Shown in pieces: positions 1-12,905 of a stretch of 64,000 bases of DNA (position 1 is its first letter; every line of letters begins with the position of its first letter). The notes beneath the pieces are model-generated. The model did no database searches, was not told where the DNA came from, and was given only the letters and a program-made list of their open reading frames with translations. Source of the DNA: Mobula hypostoma (Eukaryota). Where the stretch lies: contig NC_086097.1 in NCBI RefSeq assembly GCF_963921235.1, forward strand, positions 146,446,001 through 146,510,000, given 5' to 3'. A program made the translations under genes and the position numbers.

Positions 1-414
1 TAGCATTAATGAAAATAAAACTAGATAAGTATGAGACTAAACCTCCCCCTCCACAAAAAAAAACCCAATTATCTACACTGTAGATACATGGATTATCATC
101 TTACAAATATCTACAGATTCTGGAATGCTGGATAACAAATGTGAGCTGACTGTCCTTCTAGCACAGCTGGTTCATATTTCTGTAAGTGGAATGAGCCATT
201 CATTCCTTCATTCCACTTTACATTAAATTCTTTCCCCTTAATGACCAGCTGACCCTTTGGCTATTGTACTTCTCATTATATTCTTTCTCCCACTCACAGT
301 TGTTAATGGTCATTCCACAGAACATTTTCTTCTCTGGTTCGACATCCACAAACACATTATGAATTTTAAATAGAAATAATTCAGAAAATGTGTAGCTCAG
401 ATGGTTGATGGCTG

Positions 415-1730
415 GGTTGAGTTGTTCTCCGATCTTGGCAATCCATTTGTAAATGTTTCATCACCATACCAGAAAACATCATCAGTTTAGGACACAACCT
501 TATCAATCACCCCTTCTGTGGGCACTTTCTGGAGGTCCAAGATCTGTATGCTCCACGAGCACTGGACTAAGTGTGTAAATGTAGGAGGGGACTAAGTTGA
601 AAAATAAATGTGCTAGGTTTTCTAGAATTGACTCCTTCTACCTTAGGCCATAAACTTATCAATCACCCCTCATATCGATGAATGCTTTGCTTTTATATAT
701 TTATCAATCAGTTGATTGGTCATCATTATGGAAACTCAATTATGATGTAGAGAGGGGGTCTTGTCACTGATTGGTTGTGTGGTAAACCCTGTGTGTGGTC
801 TGGAATTTTGCCCGCATTGGCTTATTAATGGGATTGCAGTCTACGTGTCTGTTTATAGAATTGTTTATGGAAAACCACACTCCTAGGAACTCTCTTGCAT
901 GCCGTGTGTTTGTCTGCACCATGCCTTTCACTGACGCCCAGTAGAATTTGTGCCACTCTCGATCTTTGGAGCTAAAGGATGAAGAGGAGAAACATCTCTT
1001 CGGAGTATTCACATGAAACCAATACCCACATAGCTTCATACGTAGATGCCTACGATGTAGACAATGTACCAACCAAGAAGCGACCAAATGGGTTGTCCCA
1101 TAGATTCGAAATATCTCAGAAAAGACAGCCTGACTGCTCCAAGAACATAAAGTTTTGGTCGCACATGAACCACCTGCAGCATTGAGGAGAGTACTCTGCA
1201 GACCTAAAGAACAAACCAAGCAATTGGACAAGACCAATGTGGTCTACAAAATCCAGTGCAGGGACTGCAGTAAATATTACATCGGCCAAACTGGGAGAAA
1301 ACTATCCACAAGGAACATCAACTGGCTATAAAGCGCCATGATCAACTCTCCTTAGTCTCTACCCATGAAGATTGAAAGGGGCACAAATTCGATTGAGCAT
1401 CATTGAGAGTCCTGGTGCAAGCAAGCACGCGGCATGCAAGAGAGTTCCTAGAAGCATGGTTTTCCACAAACAATTCTATAAACTGACATGTAGACCACAA
1501 TCCCATTTATAAGTCAATGCAGATAAAATTCCAGACAATGCACAGAGTTCACCACGCAGCTAATCAGCGATGAGAACCCCTCCCTACATCACAACTAATT
1601 GATAAGTATACAAAAGCCAAGCATTTGGAGGGCATACCACAAGTGAACAGTGCTCTGATGATGTCTCGTCATATAATGATGAAACGTTTGTAAATGGATT
1701 GCCAATATCAGAGAACAACTCAACTCAACC
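415..1730. mobile_element. Penelope-like retroelement remnant with inverted 3' arm
   Basis: Plus strand from 1233 reads TNVVYKIQCRDCSKYYIGQTGRKLSTR (GIY-YIG); 765-920 is the reverse complement of 1413-1570, and 415-485 of 1656-1729. Confidence 0.85.
487..673 (+). mobile_element. Mariner-type DNA transposon 3' remnant nested in the Penelope arm
   Basis: WTKCVNVGGD*VEK* resembles a mariner transposase C-terminus; TIR-like CTTATCAATCACCCC occurs twice; ends ...CCCCTCA followed by TA. Confidence 0.65.
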
Positions 1731-2090
1731 GGAATTTTAAATATTTTATTTTGGGACATTTTCCCATTAACAGTGTCAAGTAATGCAAAGTGCTATTGTG
1801 GTTAGATACCGGTTGATAAGAGGTAAAACAATGTTTACAGTGCCATCTTCTGTTTACACGGTTTAGTGCAAGTACAGGTTTGCAAATGGGATTTGGCAAG
1901 TTAAGAGCAAGTGTACTGAGTACAAGAGAATAAATATGAAGAAATGATAGGTCATTGTGGGGCAGATTATAAGACATGAAAATTTTTGACCAAAAAAATA
2001 ATATATAACTCAAAAATAATAATATACTATATTGTGTCTTCAAATGGTAGGTTAGCTTAAAGCCTGTAGCCAAAAATGGAAGGGCCAAAG

Positions 2091-2562
2091 CTTTCTTTGT
2101 TTCTTTCTTATTCTTTTTATCGATTTAAAAGGAGCATAAATACAATCAAGAGGAGAATTATCTCAAATATGTATATCAGTAACAATATAAACCGGGATTA
2201 AGATAGACATTGTCAAAATCATAGATGTTATTAAACTAGTATAAATATATAATAAAAAAATGAAAATAGCAATTCTCCTCTTATCAGTTTATGAAGAGAA
2301 AAGGAAAAAAAACATTGAGTTTTAAATGATGAGGAAAAAAATCCCACTACACTATATAAAAAAAAAACAAAAAAAAGGGCTGGGCAGTCCATTTTGAGGA
2401 TATGACCAAAAAAAAGACTTTCTGATCAAATCTAAAACTTCGAAAAAAAAGATTGAAAGAGTAATAAATCAAATTAAATGAAAATATTGGATAAAAGGTC
2501 GCCAGATTTGCTCAAATTTAAAAGATCTGTCAAATGTCCGACTTCTTATTTTCTCTAAACTT
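2091..2562 (-). mobile_element. 5'-truncated L1-clade LINE with TSD
   Basis: Minus strand LSLEKIRSRTFDRSFKFEQIWRPFIQYFH (fish L1 ORF2-like C-terminus), A-rich tail, 11-bp TSD AAGGGCCAAAG at 2080-2090 and 2563-2573. Confidence 0.7.
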
Positions 2563-2721
2563 AAGGGCCAAAGTTTATAAGGAGTAGTAGGAATGATGAA
2601 CTTAGTCAGGAAGTAATATGTGATTAATCCCAAGCTTGGCCATAAAATCTTTTTGATAATAGAAATCTTGAAAGTGTGTGCATTGCCTATTTAACTACAC
2701 TGGTGACATTCCAAAACCGAA

Positions 2722-3564
2722 GATTCAAAGTACATTTATTATCAAAGTATGTATGCCGTTTCCAACCCTGAGATTCATCTTCCAACAGACAGGCATAAAA
2801 TAAAGAACCACCATGGAACCTGCTCAAAGAAATCATCTAACACCCAATGCAGAAAAAAAGAGAACAAATTGCGCAAATGGCAAAAAAAATGAGTGAAAAA
2901 CAGAATATAAAACATCATACCATTGAAGCAGTCTAGGATGGTTCTGTTTAGTTCAGCTCAATTTAGTGCTGTGTTGTTCGTTGACTACGGGCCTCAGAGC
3001 CATTCCACCCCAATCAAAATCACACAAAATAGCAATAAAAAGGAGTAATCAGAAACCAGAAACACAGTGTAACATGAACTGCAGAGTCCAATCCACAAAC
3101 TGCATCAATTAAACCTGTCCAAGACCCAATGCTTTGGCACCGTCCTCTGATAGCATCGAGCAAAAGGGGAGGGGGGGAGAGAGAGAGAGAGAGAATGGTC
3201 AAACACAACCACCTTCCTCTGGCAGCAGTGAGTGAGAGCGTTCAGTCAAATTCAGGCAAACGCCGCTGAACACTCACTCACCTTCGATTTCAATCTTGCT
3301 GGACGCTTTAATCAGCGAGATCAGCAAGAAATGGAGTTGATCATGAGCATGCACCCTGTATACAGGCTTCTTGTCATCTAGGCCACACACTCAGAAACAG
3401 CAAAGAGCCAGATTGCTCAATCGGCATGAAAACACACCATCGAAATGTAAATCACAGGTTCCAATAGTAGCAGAATCATATTTGAAAGAAGAAGTAAAAG
3501 AGGCAGTTTCGTGAACTGTCTGAAGGATGTCGCTTTTGGTTGCGTTGTCGCTAGGGCCATCTTC
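2722..3564 (-). mobile_element. Non-coding LINE-derived element, copy 1
   Basis: Starts GAAGATGGC on the minus strand, ends AATAAATGTACTTTGAA; colinear with 14635-15453. Confidence 0.6.
3170..3193. repeat. G-run plus (GA)n microsatellite
   Basis: Seen directly: gggggga followed by gagagagagagagaga. Confidence 0.8.
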
Positions 3565-3929
3565 AGAAAATAATTACAATACTAATAATAAGAAAGGTAA
3601 TGCTAGTGTAGAAAAATAAAATAATTATGAGAAAAGAATTGTCTCTCCATATAATCTGTGTAACATAGTAAAAGAAGTAATGGTCTAATTAACAGGATTA
3701 CAATTTGTATGGGTAGAAGAGTTTCTATGTGAAGAAGCTAAGGCAAACAATAGGTGACAATAAGAGATAAATTAGCAATTAGATTCACTATAGAGGAGGA
3801 GTTATTGAGGGAGGCCTACTGAAGCCCATTTGTTAAGTAAATTCAGAGTACAAAATTAATACATTTTCTGGTCTCCAAGGAAGTCTATAGATATGGAGAT
3901 GAGTGGAAAAAAAAGGATGACTGAGACTA

Positions 3930-4520
3930 ATGATTATGTGACAGGAATCTGTTCTGGGACCTCTACTCTTTATGATTTTTATAAGTGATTTGGGATAAGG
4001 AAGTGGAAGGGTGAATTAGTAAATTTGCCAATGATGTGGAGGTTGGCAGTGTTGTGGATAGTGTAGAAGGGTGTTGTATGTTACAGTAGGATATTGATAG
4101 GATGCAGAGCTGGGCTGGGATGTGGCAGAAATTGTGAAGTGGTTATAGTATTCACTTTGAAGGGTTAACAGCAGGACTCTCTGCAGTGTGTAGAAAAAGA
4201 GAGATCTTGAGGGATTCACATCAAGATCTCTCAAAGTTGCCATGCAGGTTGGTAGAGTTGTTAAGAAGGTGTATGGTGTGTTGGTCTTCATTACTCGTGG
4301 GATTGATTTCAAGAGCAGTGAGGTAATATTGCAGCTCTATACAAGACAGGTGAGACCACACTTGGAATATTGTATTTAATTCTGGTTGCCTCATTATAGG
4401 AAGGATGTGAAAGCTTTAGAGAGGATGCAGAGGAGATGTATCAGGATGCTACCTGGATTTGAGAACATATCTTATGAGGAAAAGTTGAGTGAGCTAGGGC
4501 TTTTCTCTTTGGAGGGAAAG
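3930..4520 (+). mobile_element. CR1 LINE RT 3' fragment
   Basis: Degenerate SKFADD-like motif; PHYRKDVKALERMQRR...YEEKLSELGLFSLE. Confidence 0.85.
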
Positions 4521-5229
4521 ACCATGAGACCTGATAGTCCAATAGTGTATTATGATTACTATGGCTCTGCTGAATATGTCAGACTTCTCCCTGAGTGATT
4601 CAGATAGTTCAGTTATGTTATTGACAGACCAATGGTCTGCTCTATCATGTTTAATGCACTAAATGGTTTTCACTGCATTACCTTTAAATGTAATATCATC
4701 CTTCCCACAACTTACATTTTGTTTCTTGTTGCTTATGATTGCTGTCTACTTGGACACTATGGAAGAATTGCAGCCAAAACCAACAAAAAAATGAAAACTA
4801 AAGTATTCCATATTGCATAAGAGATATCAAATGATCGCACTTGTGCATCTTTTCTGAGCCAGCCACTCACGTTCTTTTGCATAGTCTGATGCTCCTAGTC
4901 AACACTGTAGGATGACAAATGACAGACTGTTCATTTTCTGAGAAGAAGGATGGCCTTGGACGACCCATAATGAGAATAAAGGAGGCCCTTTTCAGACCAC
5001 AACTTTTCTGTCCGGCCGCAGTCAGGGAAGGCTAGCTTTCTAATAGGCAACGTGGGAATATGAGAGGTGAGATCATAAACCTCAGAGAGGAATGCAGGTT
5101 TTGTTTGATCTTTATCAAATCAATGTCAGTTCCATGGGCGGACTCACAGCAAATCTAATTCATTGGAGTTCAGTCTGGTACATTGCTGTGTGACACATTG
5201 CAAACTCTGATGGAGGGAACATTTGGATG

Positions 5230-6448
5230 AGGCCAACATGATTGCTTACAAAGCTGCTTTTATTGATTACTGCTCAGCATTCAATGTCATCATGCCATCA
5301 GTTATAATCAAGATGCTCCAAAGCCTGGTCCACTGTACCTCCTCGCAGACATTCAGCACTGGCACACCTCAAAGATGTGTGCTTACCCCCCTGTCCTACT
5401 CGCTCTATACTAACGATTATGTGGCTCGTCACAGATCAAACACCGTCTATAAATTTGCTGATAATACAGCTTTTGTTGGCAGAATTTCAGATGGTGATGT
5501 GGAAGCATACAGGAGTGAGGTAGATGAGCAGGTTGAGTGGTGTCACAACAACCACCTTGCACACATCGGTAAGATCAACAAATTGATTGTGAACTTCAAG
5601 CAGGTGAAGTCAAGGGAACACACAGCAGTCCTCATCAAGGGATCAGCAGTGGAAAGGGTGAGCAGTTTCAAGTTCCTGGGTGTCGACATCTCTGAAAATT
5701 TATCCTGGGTCCAACATATTGATGCAGTTACAAAGAAGGCATGACGATGGCTATATTTCATTAGAAGTTTGAGGAAGTTTGGTATCTCACCAAAATCACT
5801 TGAACAATTCAACAGTTGTACCATGGAGAGCATTCTATCTAGTTGCATCACTGTCTAGTATGGAGGGGCCATTGTACAAGATCAGAGAAAGCTGCAGTAA
5901 GTTATAAACTCTGCCAGCTCCATTATGGACACTAGCCTCTCCAACCTCAAGGACATCTTTAAAAGGCGGCATTCATCATTGAGGACTCCCATCACCCAGG
6001 ACGTGCCCCCTTCTCGTTGCTACCATCAAGGAAGAGGTATAGAAGCCTGAAGGCACATACTAAACATTACAGGAACAGCTTCTTCCCCTCCGCCATCAGA
6101 TTTCTGAATGAACAATGAATGCACGAACGCTACATCACTATGTTTTCCTACGTTTTCGCTACATATTTAATTTTATTTTTTATATATACCTCTTATTGTA
6201 ATTTATATTTATTATGATTATGTATTGCAAAGTACCGCTGTTGCAAAACAACAAGTTTCTTGACATATGCCCATGATATTAAAACAGTCCTGCTGAAGGG
6301 TTTCAGCCCGAAATGTCGACTGTATTTTTTTCCGTAAATACTGCCTGGTGTGCTGAGTTCCTCCATATTTTGTGTGTGTTGCTCAGATTTCCAGCATCTG
6401 CAGATTTTCTCTTGTTTTTGATATTAAACCTGATTCTGATTCTGATTA
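5230..6448 (+). mobile_element. L2/Rex-type LINE RT 3' fragment
   Basis: FIDYCSAFN, TGTPQRCVLTPLSYSLYTND, YKFADN, FKFLGV motifs with stops; (CTGATT)n tail. Confidence 0.85.
6284..6418 (+). mobile_element. Short Penelope-3'-derived element with degenerate hammerhead motif
   Basis: CAGTC-CTGCTGA-AGGG..CCC-GAAA-TGTC-GACTG; 10-bp TSD TGATATTAAA at 6274-6283 and 6419-6428. Confidence 0.8.
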
Positions 6449-7244
6449 TATTGAGGTAGTTGAACCCCTTTATGTTGCTCTATATCCCAAAGTTGATAAG
6501 GGAACTCACAAAATATATGAATGATATTCTGTATAAAATTGTAATCTGCAAAACTCACCTAACCATATACTCACTCTCCTGTTGCTCTTTGAAGGCAAGA
6601 ATGAAATGTAGCTGGCTATCTTTGAAAATAAAACTTTGCTATGTTTTCATTGAAACATTTGACAACAAAATGAAATGCTACAGGTATCATCAACTTCATC
6701 CTGAGTTCACTAAAATTTCAGAGGCATGGACACTTTGACTCATACTGATAATAAGATCCTTTCTCTGATTGGAAATTGTGTCTTCAGGAGGTGATAGATT
6801 CACCAATGACTCACATGTTGTTCCTCATTAGCAGGAAAATTGTTCCATAAAATCTTGGTGTATGTTAGTCTTTCTCAGACCTCTTCCCACCCTTCTCTCA
6901 GGTTGAACAGTGTGCCTTTTGCCTGGTCTCCCCATTGTACTATAATTGAAGGGAAATTTTGACCTGTGCACTAGTCCAGAAGTTGCTTGTTTCTGCATGT
7001 CTAAAAATTAGGAGTATATCCTTCGGTGGCACTGTTACCTCTAAGCTGCATGGGTGCGTGGACATGCAATAAATAAAATGCTCCTGCACACCTAACCTTT
7101 GTTGCCACATAGCTGGAATAAAGACAGACAAGAAAGTTTACAAAACATGAAAGAATTTCTTTGTACTGTATTTAATTCTACCCTTCAATGAATAAATCAA
7201 ATCAAAAGTTTGTGATTTTTCAGTTTTCATTCTGAATATTCATA

Positions 7245-8278
7245 GATAAGGAACCTGGGCCTTAGCACCCAGATCTGCAGCTGGATCTTCAACTTCCTCA
7301 CAGACAGGACCCAGGCTGTAAAAATAGGGGACAAGCTCTCCTCTACAATCACTCTGAGCACCGGTGCCCCACGGGGCTGTGTACTCAGCCCCCTGCTGTA
7401 CTCATTGTACACCCATGATTGTGTAGCCAAGTTTCCATCAAACTCAATATATAAGTTTGCTGATGACACAAAAATAACCTATCCCTCAATGTCAGCAAGA
7501 GGAAGGAATTGCTTGTTGACTTCAGAAGGAGTAGTGGACCGCACCACCCCATTTACATCGGTGGTGCGCAAGCGGAACAGGTCAAAAGCTTTAAATTCCT
7601 CGGGGTCAATATCACAAGTGACCTGACTTGGTCCAATCAAGCAGAGTCCACTGCCAAGAAGGCCCACCAGCACCTTTACTTCCTGAGGAAGCTAAGGAAA
7701 TTTGGCCTGTCCCCTAAAACACTCACTAATTTTTATAGATGCACCATAGAAAGCATTCTTCTGTGGTGCATCACAACCTGGTATGGAAGTTGTCCTGTCC
7801 AAGACCGGAAGAAGCTGCAGAAGATTGTGAACACAGCACAGCACATCACACAAACCAATCTTCCATCCTTGGATTCACCTTACACTGCATGCTGTCGGAG
7901 CAGTGCTGCCAGGATAATCAAGGACATGGCCCACCCAGCCAACACACTTTTGTCCCTCTTCCCTCCGGGAGAAGGCTCAGGTGCTTGAAGACTTGTATGG
8001 CCAGATTTGGGAACAGCTTCTTTCCAACTGTGATAAGATTGCTGAACGGATCCTGACCCGGATCTGGGCCATATCCTCCAAATATCCGGACCTGCCTCTT
8101 GGTTATTTTGCACTACCTTACTTTCCCTTTTCTATTTTCTATTTATGATTTATAATTTAAATTTTTAATATTTACTATCGATTTGCACTCCAGGGAGCAC
8201 GAAGAGCAGAATCAAATATTGCTGTGATGATTGTACGCTGTAGTATCAATTGTTTGGTGACAATAAAGTATAAAGTAA
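7245..8278 (+). mobile_element. L2/Rex-type LINE 3' fragment
   Basis: [61 protein letters not shown] tail. Confidence 0.9.
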
Positions 8279-8589
8279 CGTATGCATATTATGAAAAAAA
8301 AACATTTAATGTGCCACACCGTTTTCAGGTCCTGTAAAAATTTCCTGCTGTTGGTCTGCACAGCTCTAAAAAAAATTAGAGGGAACATTGTTCAGTGGAT
8401 GCACACTAAACTTTAGAAACCACAAAATATTTGTGTAATAATAACACCGCCAAGAAATTTATCAGCTACTGGCCTGAAAAGGATTGATGATCCCTTTCAG
8501 TAATGTTTGTGGGACTTTTTTTCTGCTACTGCATTCATACTTGGCAGTGAGGTTAAAACAGTATATGAGCCAAAATATTATACCATTGG

Positions 8590-9030
8590 GCAGGTCTTCA
8601 AGGAGTGCTGTCATAGGAAAACAGCATCCATTATTAAGGTCCCCCACCACCCAGGACATGCTCTCTTCTCACTGCTACCATTGAGAAGGACATACAAGAA
8701 CCTTGGGTCTCACACCACCAAGTTCAGGAATAGTTACTACCTTTCAACCATCAGGCTCCTGAACCAATGTGGTTCTCATCTCAACTATGAACTGATTCCA
8801 CAACCAATGCACTCACTTTTACGGACTCTACAACTCACATTCTCAGTATTATTTATTTACTTTTTTAAAGTTTGCAAAGTTTGCCTTCTTTTACACATTG
8901 CTTGTTAGTGTGTAGATTTTCATTGATTCTATTGTATTGTATTTCTTTGTCTTACTGTGAATGCCTGCAAGAAAATGAACGTCAAGGTGATGTATACATA
9001 CTTGATGATAAATTTACTTTGAACTTTGAT
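8590..9030 (+). mobile_element. L2/Rex-type LINE 3' end
   Basis: HHPGHALFSLLP...FRNSYYLSTIRLLN; tail TTTACTTTGAACTTTGA. Confidence 0.8.
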
Positions 9031-9179
9031 ATGCTAAATAGTAATATTGGTTTAAAATCTGTTTTGTCCACAGTAATGTCTGAAACTATTTATTTGGCGC
9101 ATTACTTTAGTGTCATGAGTACTAACATTCTCACCAAAACAGGGTCAGATGCAACTTTAACATCTTTAACAACTTTAAC

Positions 9180-10110
9180 TCATAGAACATAGAACATAGA
9201 ATAGTACAGCACATTACCGGCCCTTCGGCCCACAATGTTGTGCCGACCCTAAAACCCTGCCTCCCATATAAGCCCCCAGCTTAAGTTCCTCCATATTCCT
9301 GTCCAGTAGTCTCTTAAGTTTCACTAGTGTATCTGCCTCCACCACTGACTCAGGCAGTGCATTCCACGCACCAACCACTCTCTGAATAAAAAACCTTCCT
9401 CTAATATCCCCCTTGAACTTCCCACCCCTTACCTTAAAGCCATTCCTCTTGTATTGAGCAGAGGAATATTAGGGGAAGAGGCGCTGGCTATCCACTCTAT
9501 CTATTCCTCTTATTATCTTGTATACCTCTATCATCTCTCTTCTCAACCTCCTTCTCTTCAAAGAGTAAAGCCCTAGCCCCTTAATCTCTGGTCATAATGC
9601 ATACTCTCTAAACCAGGCAGCATCCTGGTAAATCTCCTCTGTACCTTTTCCAATGCTTCCACATCCTTCCACATCCTTCCTATAGTGAGGCGACCAGAAC
9701 TGGACACAGTACCCCAAGTGTGGCCTAACCAGAGTTTTATAGAGCTGCATCATTACATCGCGACTCTTAAACTCTATCCCTCGACTTATGAAAGCTAACA
9801 CCCCATAAGCTTTCTTAACTACCCTATCCACCTGTGCGGTAACTTTCAGGGATCTGTGGACATGTACCCCCAGATCCCTCTGCTCCTCCACACTACCAAG
9901 TATCCTGCCATTTACTTTGGAGTTTGTCCTTCCAAAGTGTACCACCTCACACTTCTCCGGGTTGAACTCCATCTGCCACTTCTCAGCCCACTTCTGCATC
10001 CTATCAATGTCTCTTTGCAATCTTTGACAATCCTCTACACTATCTACAACACCACCAACCCTTGTGTCATCTGCAAATTTGCCAACCCACTCTTCTACCC
10101 CAACATCCAG
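9180..10110 (-). mobile_element. CR1 LINE 3' fragment
   Basis: KFADD; WAEKWQMEFNPEKCEVVHFG; LYKTLVRPHLGYCVQFWSP; (GTTCTAT)n tail. Confidence 0.92.
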
Positions 10111-11421
10111 ACTGCCCCAATATCCAGACTGTAAAACTCATGCATTAGTAATATCTCATGCAAAACAGGGTCCATTTTGGTACTACTTCATTTTCATAGT
10201 TTCCAAGGAACCTCCACTATTGATCAAAATTTTGCTGCCCAGATTTTGAGAACCAATTGCCAGTTCTACGCACTTTGTCTCTGCAGTGCCATGCCCCGTG
10301 CCACATTTTTATTGTGTATTGTGGCTGTCTTGCTTCTTGATGCCATAAGGCCTTTGTTCTTTGCATGTTCAATAACTAATTTTATCATCAATATATTTCA
10401 TTGTCATATGTAGGCAGTTTGGTAGTGCAAGTTATGAGTTAGTTTGGGAAAGCAACATGTAGTTCAAATTCCTGGTTTTGATCTAAAAGGCCTTTAATAA
10501 AAACAATTGCGTTGTTACCTTTCAAATCAGCAGCGTATTTAAGAAATGGTGCATTTATTCTAGCTCTTGTCATGATCTTAGAATTTCAAAACAATTCAAA
10601 GATTCTGGATTGTTTATGAAGTTACATGGGAAATACGACACACAAATACCTTGCGGTTATTATCACTTCACTTTTAATATGTTATCTCAGAACATATATT
10701 GATTGGTTAGGGTATTGAGTTAGGCTTTGGGCTATTTTTAGAAATCAAGGCAGCTGTTTGAAATAAAGCAAAAAGAAAGAAAGCAGTCTTAACAAAGGCT
10801 GTCCGTTTGAAAATTTAACATGCTTATTTCTCACACATCAACTGGTGGAGCCGATAGAGTTCACAGCATTCTCTGTTTCATTGCTGTCCAGAGAGAACTT
10901 ACTTTCAGCAATATTTTTAGCTTTATTTACAGGACTCTGTAGGATAAAATAGACAGGTGGTGAAAAGTAGAATTAAGAAATGCAGAGTTAAGAAAGTCAA
11001 TAGTTAGGTTGTACCACTGCTTTTTTTTCAGGGCTCAGTTGTTGGAATGTACTGAGAGTCACAGGGTTGTAGATTTAGTTGTTACAGCCGGGACCTGAGG
11101 ACAGACACCAGAACACCGAAATGACAAGGTAATGGAACACTGGCAGAGATGACACCTTTTGGATAAGGTATTACCTGACTGCAGATTGTAAACTATCCCA
11201 TCATACCATTCCAAAGAAGACCAAGAACATTACATTATCTGTTTGTTTTGCATTGCTTGTGGGCTTCACTAGAATAGCCTTTCTTTCTACTTTATTAGAG
11301 TGTAATGTTCAAAAACTTTAATGATCCTTTGGGTGTCCTGAAAGGTACCATATAGCTTTCTCAAAAACATTATTGGAGGCACAGTGTCAAATTCTGAGGA
11401 AAGGATGCCAAATACAAGACT

Positions 11422-12470
11422 GAAGTTCAAAGTTCAAGATACATTTATTATCAAAGTACATATAAGTCACCATATACTACCCTGAGATTAATTTTTTACA
11501 GTAGATACAAAGAAACACAAAATAATCAATGAAAGACTACACACCAAGACAGACAAACAACTAATGTGCAAAAGGCAACAAATTGTGCAAATACAAAAAG
11601 AAAAAAACAATTGTAATAGTAACTAAATGATTAATAATATTGAGAACTTAAGTTGTAGAATCCTTAAAAGTGAGTCCATAGTTTGTGGACAGCACATACA
11701 GAATGCTGGAGGAACTCAGCAGGCCAGGCAGCATCTATGGAAAAGTGTACAGTCAGCACTTCGGGCCGAAACCCTTCAGCAGAACAAATGGAAAAGAGTA
11801 CAGTCGACATTTCAGGCCGAAACCCTTCGGCGTGACTCGTGTGTGTTGCTCAGCTTTCCAGCATCTGCAGATTTTCTCTTGTTTGTGGAATCAGTTCAGT
11901 GTTGAAGTGAGTGAAGTTATCCACTCTGGTTCAGGAACTGGGTGGTTGGAGGTGGAAATTGTTACTGAAGCTGGTGGTGGTGTCTCCTGTACCTCCTTCC
12001 CAGTGGTAGCAGCGAGAAGAGATCATGGCCTGGAAGGTGGGGGTCCTTGATGATCAGTGCTGCTTTTTTGTAACAGCGGTCTTTATAGATGTACTCAATG
12101 GTGGGGAGGGCTTTGCCTGTGATGGACTAGGCTGTATCCACTACTTTCTGTAGGGTTTTCTTTTAAAGGGCATTGGTGTTTCCATACCAGGCTGTCATGC
12201 AACCAGTCAGGAAACTCTCCACTCTGCATCTATAGAAGCTTACCAAAGTTTTATATGGCATGCCAAAGCTTTGCAGACTTCTAAAAAAGTAGAGGCATGC
12301 TGTGTCTTCGTTGTAATGGCACTAACGTTCTGTTCCCAGGACAGATCTTCGTCGAGGAATTTAAAGTTACTGACCCTCTCCACCTCTGATCCTCTGGTGA
12401 GGTTTGGCTCATGGGCCTCCTGTTTCCTCTCCCAGTAGTCAATAATCAGCTTTTTAGTTTGGTTCCTTTG
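11422..12470 (-). mobile_element. L2/Rex-type LINE 3' part, interrupted by a short element
   Basis: Minus-strand remnants of VERVSNFK, CLYFFRSL and KDPHLPGH motifs; CTTGAACTTTGAA tail. Confidence 0.75.
11690..11880. mobile_element. Short Penelope-derived element: tandem degenerate hammerheads plus inversion
   Basis: 9-bp TSD GTTTGTGGA at 11681-11689 and 11881-11889; two hammerhead-like units on the minus strand (11747-11838), then a plus-oriented tail. Confidence 0.75.
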
Positions 12471-12489
12471 GGATGTTGTAATGTTTCAT

Positions 12490-12605
12490 CAGCCTGAAAT
12501 GTCGACTCTTTACTCCGTTCCATAGATGCTACCTGACCTATTGAATTCCTCCAGCATTTTGTGTGTGTTGCTCTGGATTTCCAGTATTAATGCAGAATTT
12601 CCTGT
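12490..12605 (+). mobile_element. Short Penelope-3'-derived element
   Basis: GCCTGAAATGTCGACT...GATGCTACCTGACC...TTCCTCCAGCATTTTGTGTGTGTTGC matches the family. Confidence 0.75.
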
Positions 12606-12905
12606 GAGTACATTGTAGTGCTATCATTGGTCAGTTAAAAGTTGTGGCTTCTTGACTGTGCCACAGACATTCCAAAGGAGGATGAAGTGGAGCCTGCATC
12701 ATTAAATGTGGCAGCTCAATGGTCAAACCTACTTATTAAAGTAGTTCATCCACAAAACCATTTAAAGACCATCTAAACAAGACCAACACAAGAGAACTAT
12801 TATTCATGTCAGCCTTGGTTTTATGTTCCTCTATGGTGTATTTGTACATTGTAAACTTTATCAATTCCCATATCCTTCCAATAATTCTGGCTACTTACTT
12901 ATCCT

